Notes: generated from the sequence alone by a model not told the origin. Counted from the first letter of the whole stretch, positions 38,811-51,735 are shown. The stretch is 63,808 nucleotides of DNA, filler included, from Octopus bimaculoides (GCF_001194135.2; 5 parts of 4 records of this genome joined end to end with filler, not necessarily neighbours in it), one strand, 5' to 3'. A program made the numbers and translations.

Positions 38811-40086
38811 GAGATATTTGTCTCCTTATGTTTGTTTCGAAACATTTACATAGATTTCAGAAATGAGGTTTTGTTTTTGTTAATGTTGTTGACGTTGATT
38901 TTAGTGTTTTGTTCTTAGTTTATTTTTTCTGCAGATCTATGGGCGAATAAGTTCCATCAAATACCATCCTATCTGACGACTCTATTTAGAGATACTTTAT
39001 CGAATGTATCCTCTCTATTGAAGATAGTCGGATATGAGTTGAGGGAGATTTAGCTGGTATTTCTAACTAGTTATGGAACCATATAGAGGTTTCCTCACTG
39101 ACTCTGAGATTAATTGAATGTATATTTTTATCTCAGGAATATCACCTAAAGACGACAGGAAATTGTACTCACCGAAAACTATTGTCTTTTTCTGTGAGGA
39201 TCAACATGAACGATGATGGAAAATGTTGTCAGCAATCAATGGAATTAGAAACAACTGCTCTCTTTAGAACCGTGATTTCCAACGTGGGGCACATGCCTCA
39301 CCGGTGGGGCATGGTAATAATTTGTTGAGACATGGTAATATTTTGGTGAGGCATACGTAGGTTTATGTTGAATTTTATACCTCTTGTACATAATGTTTAC
39401 TATACCAATAGAGAAAGAGGGCAATTCGAGAATGAGTTATTAAAAAAATATTCTTTACATCCCTTCTGTGGACAATTTTATCAAATCTTGGACACCTTAG
39501 AGAGAGACAACAGTTTGTTTTTCATCACCACAAGATCTGATGTCGCTAAAGAGGGAAGAGATTTATTTCCTTCGGTATGTGAAAACATGGAGGTAATTAC
39601 AAACGCCTGTGTGTGTGTGTGTTTGTGTGCATGCATATGTATGCGTGTGTGTAAGCGCGTGTGTATGCGTGTGTGCATGCGTGTATGCGTGTATATAGAA
39701 CTGGTCAGTACTGAAAGCAATGCCATCTTAATTCCCTATGGAGAAATAAACTGGAGACAGACTTATGTGTAGGGGTGGCTGAAAGTATTGACACTTTTAT
39801 CTCTGGCAACAAAAATCTCGGTACACAAGAAAATGTGGTGCTGGGGTAATAAATGGGGTATTAAATGTTGATGGGGTAATAAATGGCGTTGGGTATGAGG
39901 GATCAAAGAAATGAATTGTGTGGAATGGGTTGAAATGGAGTGGAAGACGTAGCGTAAGCGAAGGAAGAGAAAGAGGCAGAGAGAGACAGAAAGAGAAAAA
40001 GAGACAGACAGACAGGCAGACAGATAGATAGATAAATAGATAGATAGATAGAGATTTATGGTACTCGTAACGCGCGCACGCACACA

Positions 40087-40199
<113 letters not shown>

Positions 40200-43100
40200 A
40201 TGTGTGTGTACCTTAATAATTCAGTTTACCCTCGAATAGCTAGATTCTGACCACATAATATACACACATATTTAATAACCCGGGATCCATAATCCCACCT
40301 CTACAGAAAAATTTCTAAACCTTTCAGTCACTGACTCGAAGCTTTCGAATGACACCACAATACACAAAAGTAACATAAAATAACACTAATCACTGCAATG
40401 TTTTTTTATTATAATAATATTATACTAGTAACAATTAGGAGATGAAAACCCAGACTTCTCTATATTTATACACCAATACCCATTGATTAAAACACGATTA
40501 TAGTAATAGTTCACTATGCAATATAATTTACACTAATAGATAAACCGTCACTTCCACTACCACAATATTCTTCTAATCAATGTACCGTTTCAAACCACTA
40601 CGTTTCTTTATATTTTTTTAATTTTTTGCATTATTGTTGTGGGTTGAAGTGTTCCCAATACTCTGTATTTTGAATTTTAACTTCCAACCCTAGTTTTCCC
40701 CTTTATATTTTCTATGTATTTTATAACTTTTTTTCTTGTTTACATTTTCTAATTATTCATTGTTTTGGTTTTTATATGTTCTAATTACCATTTTCCACTT
40801 CTATCATCCTTTTATCCTCTAGATAAGTGTATGTACCAATATAATAGATAAGTTCGTATACTTAAGTTGTAGTTCGGCCAAACTGACCACTCACCACAAG
40901 AATATCAGATTTCAAGTTTTCTTTAGCCTGACGTTATTTATTTATGACCCACCACTGGTCTTGGCCGACACAACATCATGTATGTCTGTCATTTACGACC
41001 TTTAAGATCTCTTTATCTCTTTATCTCCCCATCCCTTCTAAATAGCTTATATGTATCTTACTTTACTATCCGGATTTTTTCTTATTGTTTCTTAGATCCC
41101 CCCCCCCCCCGTTTTGATTTCTATTATTTTTGTATTAATAACTGTATTTTTCTTCTTAGTATTTTATATTGTTTTAACCGCCAACTTCTTCCTTCTTTGG
41201 ACACTCTCCTTCTAGCTCGTATAAGCTAGCATTGTTTATTTAGCATTCACTCTACCCTGAATTGTGACACAATATGGACAGATTTCGGAGTACCGATGAA
41301 ATTTTATGTAAATGTATCAACTTAAAGATTTTACAAGGTATATTACAATGGATATTACAATGGACAATACCAAGTGGACTCTCACCTTTTATCGCTCATG
41401 TTTCTCCTTTTACTTTGTTCTTGGTGACTTCTTTGTGATATAATACTTGGGAAAGAATATATTTGCGGCTGAAGATAGCTTTATACCATCCTGTCTATCA
41501 ATTATATACCAATATAAAGATGCAACGACTATAAAGCTTGAAACACGTGTACCGCGGAATCCTTTGTGTTTTGTTTTTATTTTTNNNNNNNNNNNNNNNN
41601 NNNNNNNNNNNNNNNNNNNNNNNNNNNNNNNNNNNNNNNNNNNNNNNNNNNNNNNNNNNNNNNNNNNNNNNNNNNNNNNNNNNNNNNNNNNNNNNNNNNN
41701 NNNNNNNNNNNNNNNNNNNNNNNNNNNNNNNNNNNNNNNNNNNNNNNNNNNNNNNNNNNNNNNNNNNNNNNNNNNNNNNNNNNNNNNNNNNNNNNNNNNN
41801 NNNNNNNNNNNNNNNNNNNNNNNNNNNNNNNNNNNNNNNNNNNNNNNNNNNNNNNNNNNNNNNNNNNNNNNNNNNNNNNNNNNNNNNNNNNNNNNNNNNN
41901 NNNNNNNNNNNNNNNNNNNNNNNNNNNNNNNNNNNNNNNNNNNNNNNNNNNNNNNNNNNNNNNNNNNNNNNNNNNNNNNNNNNNNNNNNNNNNNNNNNNN
42001 NNNNNNNNNNNNNNNNNNNNNNNNNNNNNNNNNNNNNNNNNNNNNNNNNNNNNNNNNNNNNNNNNNNNNNNNNNNNNNNNNNNNNNNNNNNNNNNNNNNN
42101 NNNNNNNNNNNNNNNNNNNNNNNNNNNNNNNNNNCACCAGTCAGGAATTATTATCGAGTTTATGAATTCAGCAAAAAGGTAAGAAAAACTTCCATCATTG
42201 ACAGAAAGGCTTTTGCAGCTGAGAAGATTCACAGAATATTTTTGTTTCTTTTTGAGCATATTTTTCGAAAGTTTATACTGAAATCTTTTTGAAGAAATTG
42301 TTAAAAAACTTTGCTTGAACTGAAATCTCTTCGTGTCTGATTCAAAAATATATATAATGAATAGTGCAAGTAAAAAAAAAAAGTTCATCAATATTCAGAG
42401 GAATATTTAAAATTTGGATTTATACCCGCTATCCACGATAAACGGTTACCTTTCTGCCTCTTGTGCCAAAAATGCTCGATCAACGAATGAATGAAACTAA
42501 ATCGTTTTGAGTTGCATTTGAAGACGAAACATAGTGCGTATGTAAATTTAGATTTAAATTACTTTAAAAATCTTTAAAGAAATTTTCAAAAACAACAATA
42601 ACGTCTCTGTTTACTACACAAACTGGCTAACGCCCGTCATACTTTTGATGCTAGTTATGAAATTTCATTACTCATTGCTAAATGCGGAAAAATCATACTA
42701 TTGGAGAGCATTTGATTAAACTATCAATATCAGCATTTTTTTAAAACAATCCTGGAAAAAGATGACAAAGTTATTCAAGCCATGCCATCCAGTAACAATA
42801 CTGTTTGTAGAAGAATAGATGTAACGAGTGAAGATATTGTTACACAACTTGTTGAAAAGCTGAAATCAAGAAAATTCTCATTACAAATGAATGAATCAAC
42901 TCTGTCGTACTGCTCACTTATTCAAGATATATTGATAAAGGTGAATTTGCCGAAGAAATGATATTCTCCAAATCATTAGAATCCACCACTACCGCCCCAG
43001 ATATATATAAGATAAGCTAAAAAATTACTTGGATGTCAACAATATACCAATAGAGAACATAACATTTTGTGCTGTAGATGATGCTCCTGTTACGATGGCC

Positions 43101-43441
43101 AAGAAAAAGTCTGCGTAAAATTGATGAAAGATGAGAACCCAGAAATGCTTCCTGTGCGCTGTGTTATTCATAGAGAACTTAGTATCCAAAAATATGTCTC
43201 CTGTTCTCAATGAGGTACTAAAATCAGGTATAAAATGTATCAATGCTATCAAAGCTAATGCCAAATGTGAAGGCTTTTCAAGCAGTTATGTGAAAATGCA
43301 AACTATGTGAGACTTTTATTTCACACTGAAGTAAAGTAGCTCTTGAAAAGATTTATGGAACTACTTGATGTCCTTAGTGACTTAGTGACGAGCCTGAAGT
43401 GAAGCATCTGCTAACCGTTGATGATAAAGTATTTGTGAGTT

Positions 43442-43888
43442 TATATATTTGTTTTTGCAAGATTTTTGATGTGAAATCGTGTGTTGAAACAGATGTTGCT
43501 GTATTTGGGGATGGTCATATTGTCAGTTTAGCCAATAAAAACACACGCACTGTATGTTTGGTGTTAATTTGCTTCAGCTTTATATTACATTACATTACAT
43601 TAATCCTGTTTCGACCAGAGTTCTTTCGTCACACTTCTGTGACCTCATCAGTGGTCCTTTGCTTTCTTCTTTCTTATGTGTGTCCCTCCTTGCTAACGAT
43701 CAGCCATTTTGTATTTTGTATTCCTATTGTATGTGTCTACGCATGCGTATCCCTCTATGTGTGTCTATGTTTTGTAAGTGCATGTGTGTGTATGGGGAGT
43801 GCCTGTATTATCCATATCCTCTGTTAATACATGTTCGTTTATTTTTGTTTTTATTTATTTATTTGTTCATGTGTTTATGCCTACTTTT
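43442..43888 (-). mobile_element. 447-bp retro-insertion carrying a hammerhead (solo Penelope pLTR or retrozyme-like unit)
   Basis: Flanked by the 10-bp duplication TTTGTGAGTT (43432-43441 and 43889-43898); removing it restores transposase KVFVSYLTDMF. Confidence 0.85.
43613..43656 (-). ncRNA. Minimal type I hammerhead ribozyme, catalytic core intact
   Basis: GACCA-CUGAUGA-G-GUCACA(GAAG)UGUGAC-GAAA-GAAC-UC-UGGUC: 5-bp stem I, 6-bp stem II, 2-bp stem III and a CUC triplet. Confidence 0.85.
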
Positions 43889-46328
43889 TTTGTGAGTTAT
43901 TTAACAGATATGTTTGAAAAACTGAATACGTTAAATGAACAACTCCAAGGATCAAATAAAACTCTTATTGATGCAGAGACGAAGATATTTGTCTTTGTTA
44001 CATTCATTGAGGTTTGTCAAAAAAATATTTGACAACATTTTTTACCAGTTTCATTGGCTAAAAAAATGTGAGGTGACCGATGCTGCTGTACTTGTCATCG
44101 TGGATCATCTGAAAATATTGGCCTCTGATTTGAAAGAAAGATTTTCTGATTGATTTAAAACAAATTGATTTTTTAACATGTGTAATGCAACTAATGCTAG
44201 TGGATATATCTGATGTTTCGTTACAGTACCAAGAGGAACTCTCAGAAATGCAAAATGATGAGTCAAAACTTTTTTTCAATATAAAAGGAGTGATGTCATG
44301 GCTTAGTGCTGAGACTGAAACAAAATACCCAAATTCAACCAACTTTGCAAGAAAACTGTTGTTACCGTTCCCATCTTCAAATTTAGCTGAATATGGCTTT
44401 AGTACAGTAAATGATTTGTTATTGAAGGAAAAAATCGATTGGAGATTTGAGACTAGAGCTGACTAAAATAGCGCCCAATTTAAAATCTCTCTGTAGCAGG
44501 TATGAAGCGCAAGGATCTCACTAACTTTAGTTTACTTATTTTATATTCAAATATTTTATATTTCTGCATTTCAGTTCTCTATTATATATTTAATGTGTCT
44601 TGTTCGACACTGTTTTGTGTGGTATTATGACGAGGACTTCGTCGTCGATTTACTGGCCCAACGTCGTGCCTTATCGACTTGTTATGTCTGTCAACTATAT
44701 ATTTGTAGCGGAACAACCCGCTTCTCTGGCTCGGAGGTGTCCTCCACAACAATGTTTTATTTATTTAACTATCCTTCCATTTTTTTCTCTTTCATGAACG
44801 CCATGTTCTTTGGAAGCTTGTTTAGAAAGCCTTTTAAGCTTTCTCCAAGTGAACAGTAGTAAAATTTTGAATAGCAAAAATTAAATATCACAAGGGGCAT
44901 CAGGATTTTAGAAATACTTCAGTGGGACATGGCCAAACATCGGTTGGGAACCATTGCTTTAGAGCCAAAAAGCGAGGGAGTAAGAGAGACAAACTGAGAA
45001 AGAAAGGGAGATAGAGAGAGAGAAAGACAGAGAGAGAAAGAAAGAGAGAGAAAGTGAGACATGCAGACAGACAGACAGACAGACATACAGACAGACAGAC
45101 AGACAGACAGACTGACAGACAGACAGATAAACTGACAGACAGACAGACAGACATACTGGCTAGCAGTCGGGCAGACAGTTTGGAAAGCGGCCTGGCAGGT
45201 AGTTAAGAGTGAGACAGATTCTACGCCGTTTCTTGGCGTTAAAATAACTGTATAGTCTCTCGTAGATCACACACACCTTCTTTCTCCCCTCTCTTTCCTC
45301 TTTTTTTCCCTCTTCTCTCTCTCTCCCTCTTTCCCGCGATATCTCTTCTCTCTCCCACTCTCTCTCTTCAAGATCTATGCCTACAGACGTCGGTAGTCAT
45401 AGGTTTCTATGCTAAAATCCGAAGATAAGTTACTTTTCTTGGAAAAGACATAGCAACAGTTTCCCATTGCCTTCTGGCAGTACATTTACAGTATACTCTA
45501 TTGTTCTCATGTTCTCTTTAGGCACTGGGCCTATTTAACCTTTAGTTAGAGGAAAAGGTTACTTCACGTAACATCAGGGCATGTCCATCTACCATTGGGT
45601 TAGTGGGTGAGAGGTCCAGAGGTCAGTGTTCTTCCGAGTCCGCTAAGCCTTGGCGACAATATCTCATTCTCTATTACAATGTCATCCATACTCGGGCCCT
45701 TTGATAAGTATTACCACTATGGGGCAGAGAGAACTTGGAAGTAAGAGTAACTAAGTGTAATTTCAATATTCTTCAAAATTTTTGAACTTCCGAACTGGAG
45801 TCTCACCAACGGATGCAGGCATATATCTTGGTCCACGACACAAGATCACACTGTACTATCTTAAATATAACAGGCTTCATTGCATACTGTTTAGTCCTGG
45901 GTGCAAAATTCCAAATAAAGATTGGAAATAATTAAGTCTAGTGGGTCATTCTTCAGATCAACCAAGGAATTAAACAGCTTCGTCCACAAAATATTGTTAT
46001 TTGTTTCCATTGAAACAAAACTATTTGCAGCATTAGAATGGCATTCTTTAAACTCCTTAATATTTAACATTTCAATAAATTTTGGTCTTATTCTTCTTAA
46101 TTAGCTTCTTAATTCAGTGTTAGATATCGCATTTAAATTTACAGCTTATTTTAGCTTATTAAGATTATATCTTTGCAATTATTATTGTTTCTTTTTCTTT
46201 AACTAATATTTGATTGTCTAATACTCAGTCTTACTTTCAGGAGCTTTGCTAATAAACATAGTCTTCTTTCGTCAAGTCTATGATAAAATCATAGCACTTT
46301 CTGTATCCCTTCTTTCAATACTCTAAAG

Positions 46329-46405
46329 CAGTGGTTCCCAACCTGGGGTCCGCGGATCCCTACTGGTCCGAAAAGGTGAAATACAAAATTTCATATCCGT
46401 ATATG

Positions 46406-46479
<74 letters not shown>

Positions 46480-46630
46480 CGTGTGTGTGTATGTGTATTC
46501 ATAAGGATGAGCATATTAAAAGGCCTCTGATTTGAAAGAAAGATTTTCTGATTGATTTAAAACAAATTGATTTTTTAACATGTGTAATGCAACTAATGCT
46601 AGTGGATATATCTGATGTTTCGTTACACTG
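46329..46630 (+). mobile_element. hAT MITE with a replaced right end
   Basis: Left TIR CAGTGGTTCCCAACC; perfect 8-bp TSD CTCTAAAG (46321-46328 and 46631-46638); only CACTG remains of the right TIR. Confidence 0.9.
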
Positions 46631-46639
46631 CTCTAAAGA

Positions 46640-46800
46640 TTCATTTTGTCCGTCTTTACGTTCTGAGTTCAAATTCCACCAAGGTCGACTTCGCCTTTCG
46701 TCCTTTTGGGATCAATAAAGCAAATACCAGTTGAACGCTGGTGTTGATATAATCGACCTCCGAACTTGTTGGCTTCGTGCCAAAATTTGAAAGCAATAAT
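46640..46800 (+). mobile_element. SINE family B, partial
   Basis: TTACGTTCTGAGTTCAAATTCCACCAAGGTCGACTTCGCCTTTCGTCC. Confidence 0.85.
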
Positions 46801-47829
46801 CTAAAGAAGTTTTGTTCTGTTCCAATATAGGTACGCGATCATAATTTTAGTTGTATTCATTGCTTTATTCTACCTTAGAAGTAATTATTCGACTGTAAAC
46901 CTTGACTTTCCAAACATAAGTACAGTCCCACAGCATCAAAACATTTATTTTATAACCAGGGTATTAAAACTACGGTTCCTCTGATATAGTAAAATTTGTG
47001 GCTTATAAATATTAGTTTTTTTCATGCTAAAGAATAAAGAAACAAATAAAAAAGACATATATAAAAGCAAGATGCAAAACGAGGCAGTTTGCAGATTTAT
47101 TTTCGTTAGATTTCTCTTTCCTTCGATCTGACAGAAGAATTATATCCAGGAAAGGAAATTATTTCAAACATATAAGATATCTATTTTAAGGGAAACAACA
47201 TAAAAAATGGTTTGTTTTCTGGGTTTTTTTTTTTTTTACCAATACATTATGGTGGATAGAATTATTTTTCATAATAACTGCCATTTTACGTAATAGGAGA
47301 CAATAGTTAATGCAATGCAACCATGATAAATACCAATATATATGCGAACACGTAGTTTTCAATCATGGTCGTAATTCTCTGGTGTAGGTGTGTGTGAGAC
47401 CGTTTTAGTTTAAAACAACTTCGTGAGCCATTCAATTAAGGACAGACGTTCTGAAAACAATCTTACGACTATTAATATATATGTGTGTGTATTTATGTGT
47501 GGGTACTTTTGTGTGTGGAGAGAGAGAGACAGAGAGAGTGGGAAGAGAAGAAAGAAGTGGAAAGAGAAAAGTGTAAGAGGGAATGGGAGAGAGAGACAGA
47601 GAGAAAGAGAGAGAAAAATAAAGATGTTTAGATTGGTGTATTGAAAAAGAAAGCGAAACTCAGTTTTTGTTTATCTTTTTTGTTCTTTTTTTTTGTTTTT
47701 TTAGGGGTTGGTTTGGTTTATTCGTTGTTAGTACAAAAGACCACACTAAGAGGATAATATGATATCAGGGACAGGGATTGCATAATAATGTTGGTATCTG
47801 CAGGAGTTTATGCTTGCTTTCCCTTCGCT

Positions 47830-48275
47830 TGGCAGCAGTTTTCATAGTTGATGACGACGACGACGACGAGGAGGAGGACGAGGAGGAGGATGAGGATCTG
47901 GATGACGAGGAGGAAGAGGACGTCGAGGAGGAGGACGACGACGAGTAGGATGAGGAGGACGACGACGAAGAGGACGACGACGAGGAGGAAGACGAGGAAG
48001 AGGAAGAGGACGAGGGGGAGAAGAAGGAAGAGGAGACAGACGACGACGACGAGGTGGACGAGGAGGAGGACGGCGAGGACGTCGAAAACGAGGAGGCCGA
48101 CGAGGACGAGGACGAAGAGGGTGAGGAGGACGAGGACGAGGGGGAGGGGGAGGAGGAGGACGACGACGACAAAGAGGACAAAGAGGACGAGGAGGAGGAG
48201 GAAGGGGAGGAGGAAGGGGACGACAATGAGGAGGAGGAAGAGGAGGAGGAAGAGGAGAAGGAGGAAGACCAGACA
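47830..48275. repeat. (GAG)/(GAC)/(GAA) compound microsatellite
   Basis: Direct reading; poly-D/E, poly-R and poly-S ORFs are frame artefacts. Confidence 0.9.
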
Positions 48276-48309
48276 TAGAATACCGATGCTTGACACCAAC
48301 ATGCACCGG

Positions 48310-48805
48310 AAAAGATAATGGACGGAAACGGAAACGGAAAGGCAAAGATCCTCTGGGACATTGGTTCCTGATAGAAAAGGTGTTAGAGCACCGAAAGCCA
48401 GATATACCTCTCGGAGGGACAAACATGAATCCCTAATAACCGATGTGTCAGAGCCAGATCAGCATAATATCATGAAAGGAAGAGAAAAGGTTAACAAACA
48501 TGGAGACCTGAGAATTAAGATCACCAAGATGTGGCAGCTACGTGAGTCAAATAGAAAGGTTGTTTATGTTATCACCGGAGCATTGGGTTCAATACCTCCC
48601 AACCAAAAACATCTAAACACATTAAAAATGCCTTACCATCTTGGTGTACTGCAAAAATCGGCTTTACTTGGAACTGCACGCATACTGCGTAAAGTACTAT
48701 CTGTCTGAGGTCCTTGTTGTAACTTGACAGACGGTACAAACCCCAGGTGCACACAATATCTTCAATCTACAACATCGCAATATTGGATACTGTGTGACGT
48801 CTTTA
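48310..48805 (+). mobile_element. R4/Dong-clade LINE 3' end, distinct subfamily
   Basis: ESLITDVSEPDQHNIMKGREKVNKHGDLRIKITKMW...VITGALGSIP...LQKSALLGTARILRKVLSV*, followed by (AAT)n. Confidence 0.88.
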
Positions 48806-48849
48806 ATAATAATAATAACAAAATAGCAACAACAATAATAATAATAATA

Positions 48850-48915
<66 letters not shown>

Positions 48916-49345
48916 GTTCAGTAGTTTTATTTTTATAACGTGCTTTCACTTCACTACCGAGCGCAGCTCTGTGTGCCTTGGGTATGTGCTGTGGTTTGCT
49001 GTGATGCTCTTATGGTTACTGTATTGAATGTGTTTGGCGTAGGATGTGTGCAGTGCCCACTAGTGAAATTTTTTGTATGTTATATATATTTGTAAGTCCT
49101 GGTGTTTTTGTTATGTATTTGTTTGAATATTTTTTTTATTATACCTAAGGCACCTACTATGATAGGAATTGTTTCTGTTTTTAGATTCCACATTCGAGTT
49201 ACCTCTATTTCCAGGTTTTTGTATTTTGAAAGTTTCTCCATTTCTTTTAGGGAAACGTTGTCATCTGCTGGTATTGATACATCAATTAGAAAGCATTTTT
49301 TTTTCCTTCATGATCTTTGACAACTATATCTGGTCTATTGGTAGT
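48916..49345 (-). mobile_element. R4/Dong-clade LINE 3' end, convergent with the previous copy
   Basis: Minus strand: CFLIDVSIPADDNVSLKEMEKLSKYKNLEIEVTRMWNLKTETIPIIVGALGIIKK. Confidence 0.9.
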
Positions 49346-49396
49346 ACACTGTAGTACATCTCCAGCGTTTAAAGCTGCGCAAAGGAAATAATATTA

Positions 49397-49465
<69 letters not shown>

Positions 49466-49466
<1 letters not shown>

Positions 49467-50120
49467 GACAGTGCTCCCCACACGTGGATCCCTCGAAACA
49501 CTAGCCATAAACAAGGTGGCACCAATTATTATAAAATACATAAGCACTCTATGAATAAATGGCAGACAGTGCTACAGTTTCAAACAAAAGAGGGACTCGT
49601 GAAAACGAAAGTCATCCCGATTAGAAGAGGTATATTCCAGGGAGACACGCTCTCTCCACTCCTGTTCTGTCTGGCATTCACACCTTTAACTGAATTGNNN
49701 NNNNNNNCGCTCTCTCCACTCCTGTTCTGTCTGGCATTCACACCTTTAACTGAATTGCTAAATAGAACTGGATGCGGATACAAATGTTACGGCAAAACAA
49801 TCAGCCACTCATATATGGATGACCTAAAATTATACGCTAGAAATGATAAAGAGCTGGAAACACTACTACAGACAGTACATGGATTTACCAAGGAAATAGA
49901 TATGAAATTCGGATTAGAAAAATGTGCCAAGCCAACCCTGAAAAGAGGAAAACTAGTTAAGAGTAGCAACATCACACTAGATAAAGCCAATGAAATAAGA
50001 GAACTAGACAAAAGCCAGCCATACAAATATTTAGGAGTCAATGAACTAGATAGGATACAACACACACAAATGAAAGAAAAAATAAAGAAAGAATACTATA
50101 GACGAGTTAGATCAATACTA
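49466..50120 (+). mobile_element. R4/Dong-type reverse transcriptase fragment, cut by the join
   Basis: IPIRRGIFQGDTLSPLLF...YMDDLKLYA...KFGLEKCA...YKYLG. The 49-bp duplication across the 10-N gap is an assembly artefact. Confidence 0.92.
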
Positions 50121-50220
50121 NNNNNNNNNNNNNNNNNNNNNNNNNNNNNNNNNNNNNNNNNNNNTTAATTAATTAANNNNNNNNNNNNNNNNNNNNNNNN
50201 NNNNNNNNNNNNNNNNNNNN
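50121..50220. other. Assembly join (44 N + TTAATTAATTAA + 44 N)
   Basis: Same 100-bp structure. Confidence 0.95.
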
Positions 50221-50267
<47 letters not shown>

Positions 50268-50362
50268 ATCTGTGTGTGTATGTATATGTGTATATGTATA
50301 TATGTATATACATATGTACATGTGCATATGTACACACACACACATTACACACATGAATGCAT

Positions 50363-50402
<40 letters not shown>

Positions 50403-50465
50403 CAACAACAACAAACCCAAATGCTAAATGTTTATGCGAACTTCAGGGTCCTCTCTGTCTTTTAG

Positions 50466-50536
50466 GTTTTGGTTCCGCTGGTTCTTTGGGATTGAACCTG
50501 CAGGTAGGAATTTGTTTCCTCAGCCTCTCAGCCAAG
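50466..50536 (+). CDS. Internal exon A (71 nt, phase 1 to 0) of a large uncharacterised protein
   Basis: Acceptor CTCTCTGTCTTTTAG, donor AAG/GTAAGT; encodes (G)FGSAGSLGLNLQVGICFLSLSAK; phase matches exon B. Confidence 0.75.
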
Positions 50537-50639
50537 GTAAGTCCACAGTGAACCTTCTTCTTGCTTATTTGACCCGTAAGAAACAACAATCACATATCCC
50601 TCAAGTGACATCCTAACCTCTTCTGAAACAATCACAAGG

Positions 50640-50792
50640 AATCACTGTGTGGTTAAAAAGGCAAACTTTGCAACCTGGTGGTTTTTAGTTCAGTCCCGCC
50701 ATGTGGCACCTTGGGCAAGTGTCTTCTATAATAGCCCCAGGCCAATCAATGCATTGTGAGTGAATTCAGTAGAGGAAACAGTGTGCAAACCC

Positions 50793-50829
<37 letters not shown>

Positions 50830-50890
50830 TTACACGCACACACACACACACACACATGTGCATAAAAAATTTGCTTCCCAACTCATGGCT
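50640..50890 (+). mobile_element. SINE family A, 5' half, intronic
   Basis: TTCAGTCCCGCCATGTGGCACCTTGGGCAAGTGTCTTCT. Confidence 0.85.
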
Positions 50891-51024
50891 CTGGGTTCAG
50901 TCCACTTGCATAAGTCCACATACATCCAATGATACTCCATGTCCATGAAAGCCTTGCTCTAAAGAGCCTTATAAACATATAATTGAGCCTACAAATCCTA
51001 CATGTTGATCTATTATCATTCCAG

Positions 51025-51182
51025 TCAACCATCACACCCTGGGTTGGAGCAAAAGTCTGGGGCTCTTTTGGCATAGATATTGGCTTTGCCAGTGGTGGAA
51101 TCAGACTGACTGGATATTTAATGGATGTCCGGTTTCCATTGGCTGTAAAGATACCTTTCTCGCAGTTTCCTGTTGCGGTCAC
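51025..51182 (+). CDS. Internal exon B (158 nt, phase 0 to 2)
   Basis: Acceptor TATTATCATTCCAG, donor CAC/GTAAGT; encodes STITPWVGAKVWGSFGIDIGFASGGIRLTGYLMDVRFPLAVKIPFSQFPVAV; AC plus the G of exon C gives Thr in frame. Confidence 0.85.
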
Positions 51183-51354
51183 GTAAGTACTTGTACCATT
51201 TATATTTCCTATCATATATATTTTCTGGATATCATGTTTATTTTGTCAACCAATTACAGCATGCCAGACGTATGTTAGCTAGTGAAGGACGCATCAAAGC
51301 CCATTGATGTCATTTGTCTTTTCAGCATTCACATTAATTCCTCAAATGTTATTC

Positions 51355-51735
51355 TTTTATTCTTTTCGTTTACTTGTGTCCATCGTTTGACTGCAGCCAT
51401 GCTGGAGCACCGCCTTTAGTCAAGCAAATTGAACCCAGAGCTTATTCTTTGTAAGCCTAGTACTTATTCTATCGGTATCTTTTGCCGAACCACTAAGTTA
51501 CAGGGATGTAAACACACCAGCATCGATTGTCAAGCCATATTGGAGGGACAAACACAAACACACAAACATATACACACACATACATATATATATACATATA
51601 TACGACGGACTTCTTTCAATTTCCGTCTACCAAATCCACTCACAGGGCTTTGGTCGGCCTGAGACTATAATAGAAGACACTTGCCCAATGTGCCACACAG
51701 TGGGACTGAACCCAGGACCACGTGGTTGGTGAGCA
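51355..51735 (-). mobile_element. SINE family A, nearly full length, intronic
   Basis: Complete core and 3' end on the minus strand. Confidence 0.92.

Larger units (their letters stand above)
42355..44525 (+). pseudogene. Dead hAT transposase (BED finger, DDE core)
   Basis: YSEEYLKFGFIP...PFCLLC...LHLKTKH; KFSLQMNEST; RCVIHRE; YLTDMFEKLNTLNEQLQG; LLPFPSSNLAEYGFS; many frameshifts. Confidence 0.92.

Noticed and set aside
39412-39592. Open frame with AG and GT sites inside the hAT 5' region
   Set aside because: No recognisable motif, it lies within a transposon, and its phase-0 donors do not fit exon A.
45400-46320. Non-repetitive-looking segment with faint RT-like peptides on the minus strand
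   Set aside because: The motifs are out of order and all exon candidates hit stops; left unclassified.
47765-48426. Long acidic, Arg-rich and Ser/Pro-rich ORFs
   Set aside because: Frame products of a GAG/GAC microsatellite, with no splice or domain support.
49649-49757. 49-bp duplication within the RT
   Set aside because: Exact copies either side of a 10-N gap indicate unmerged contig overlap.
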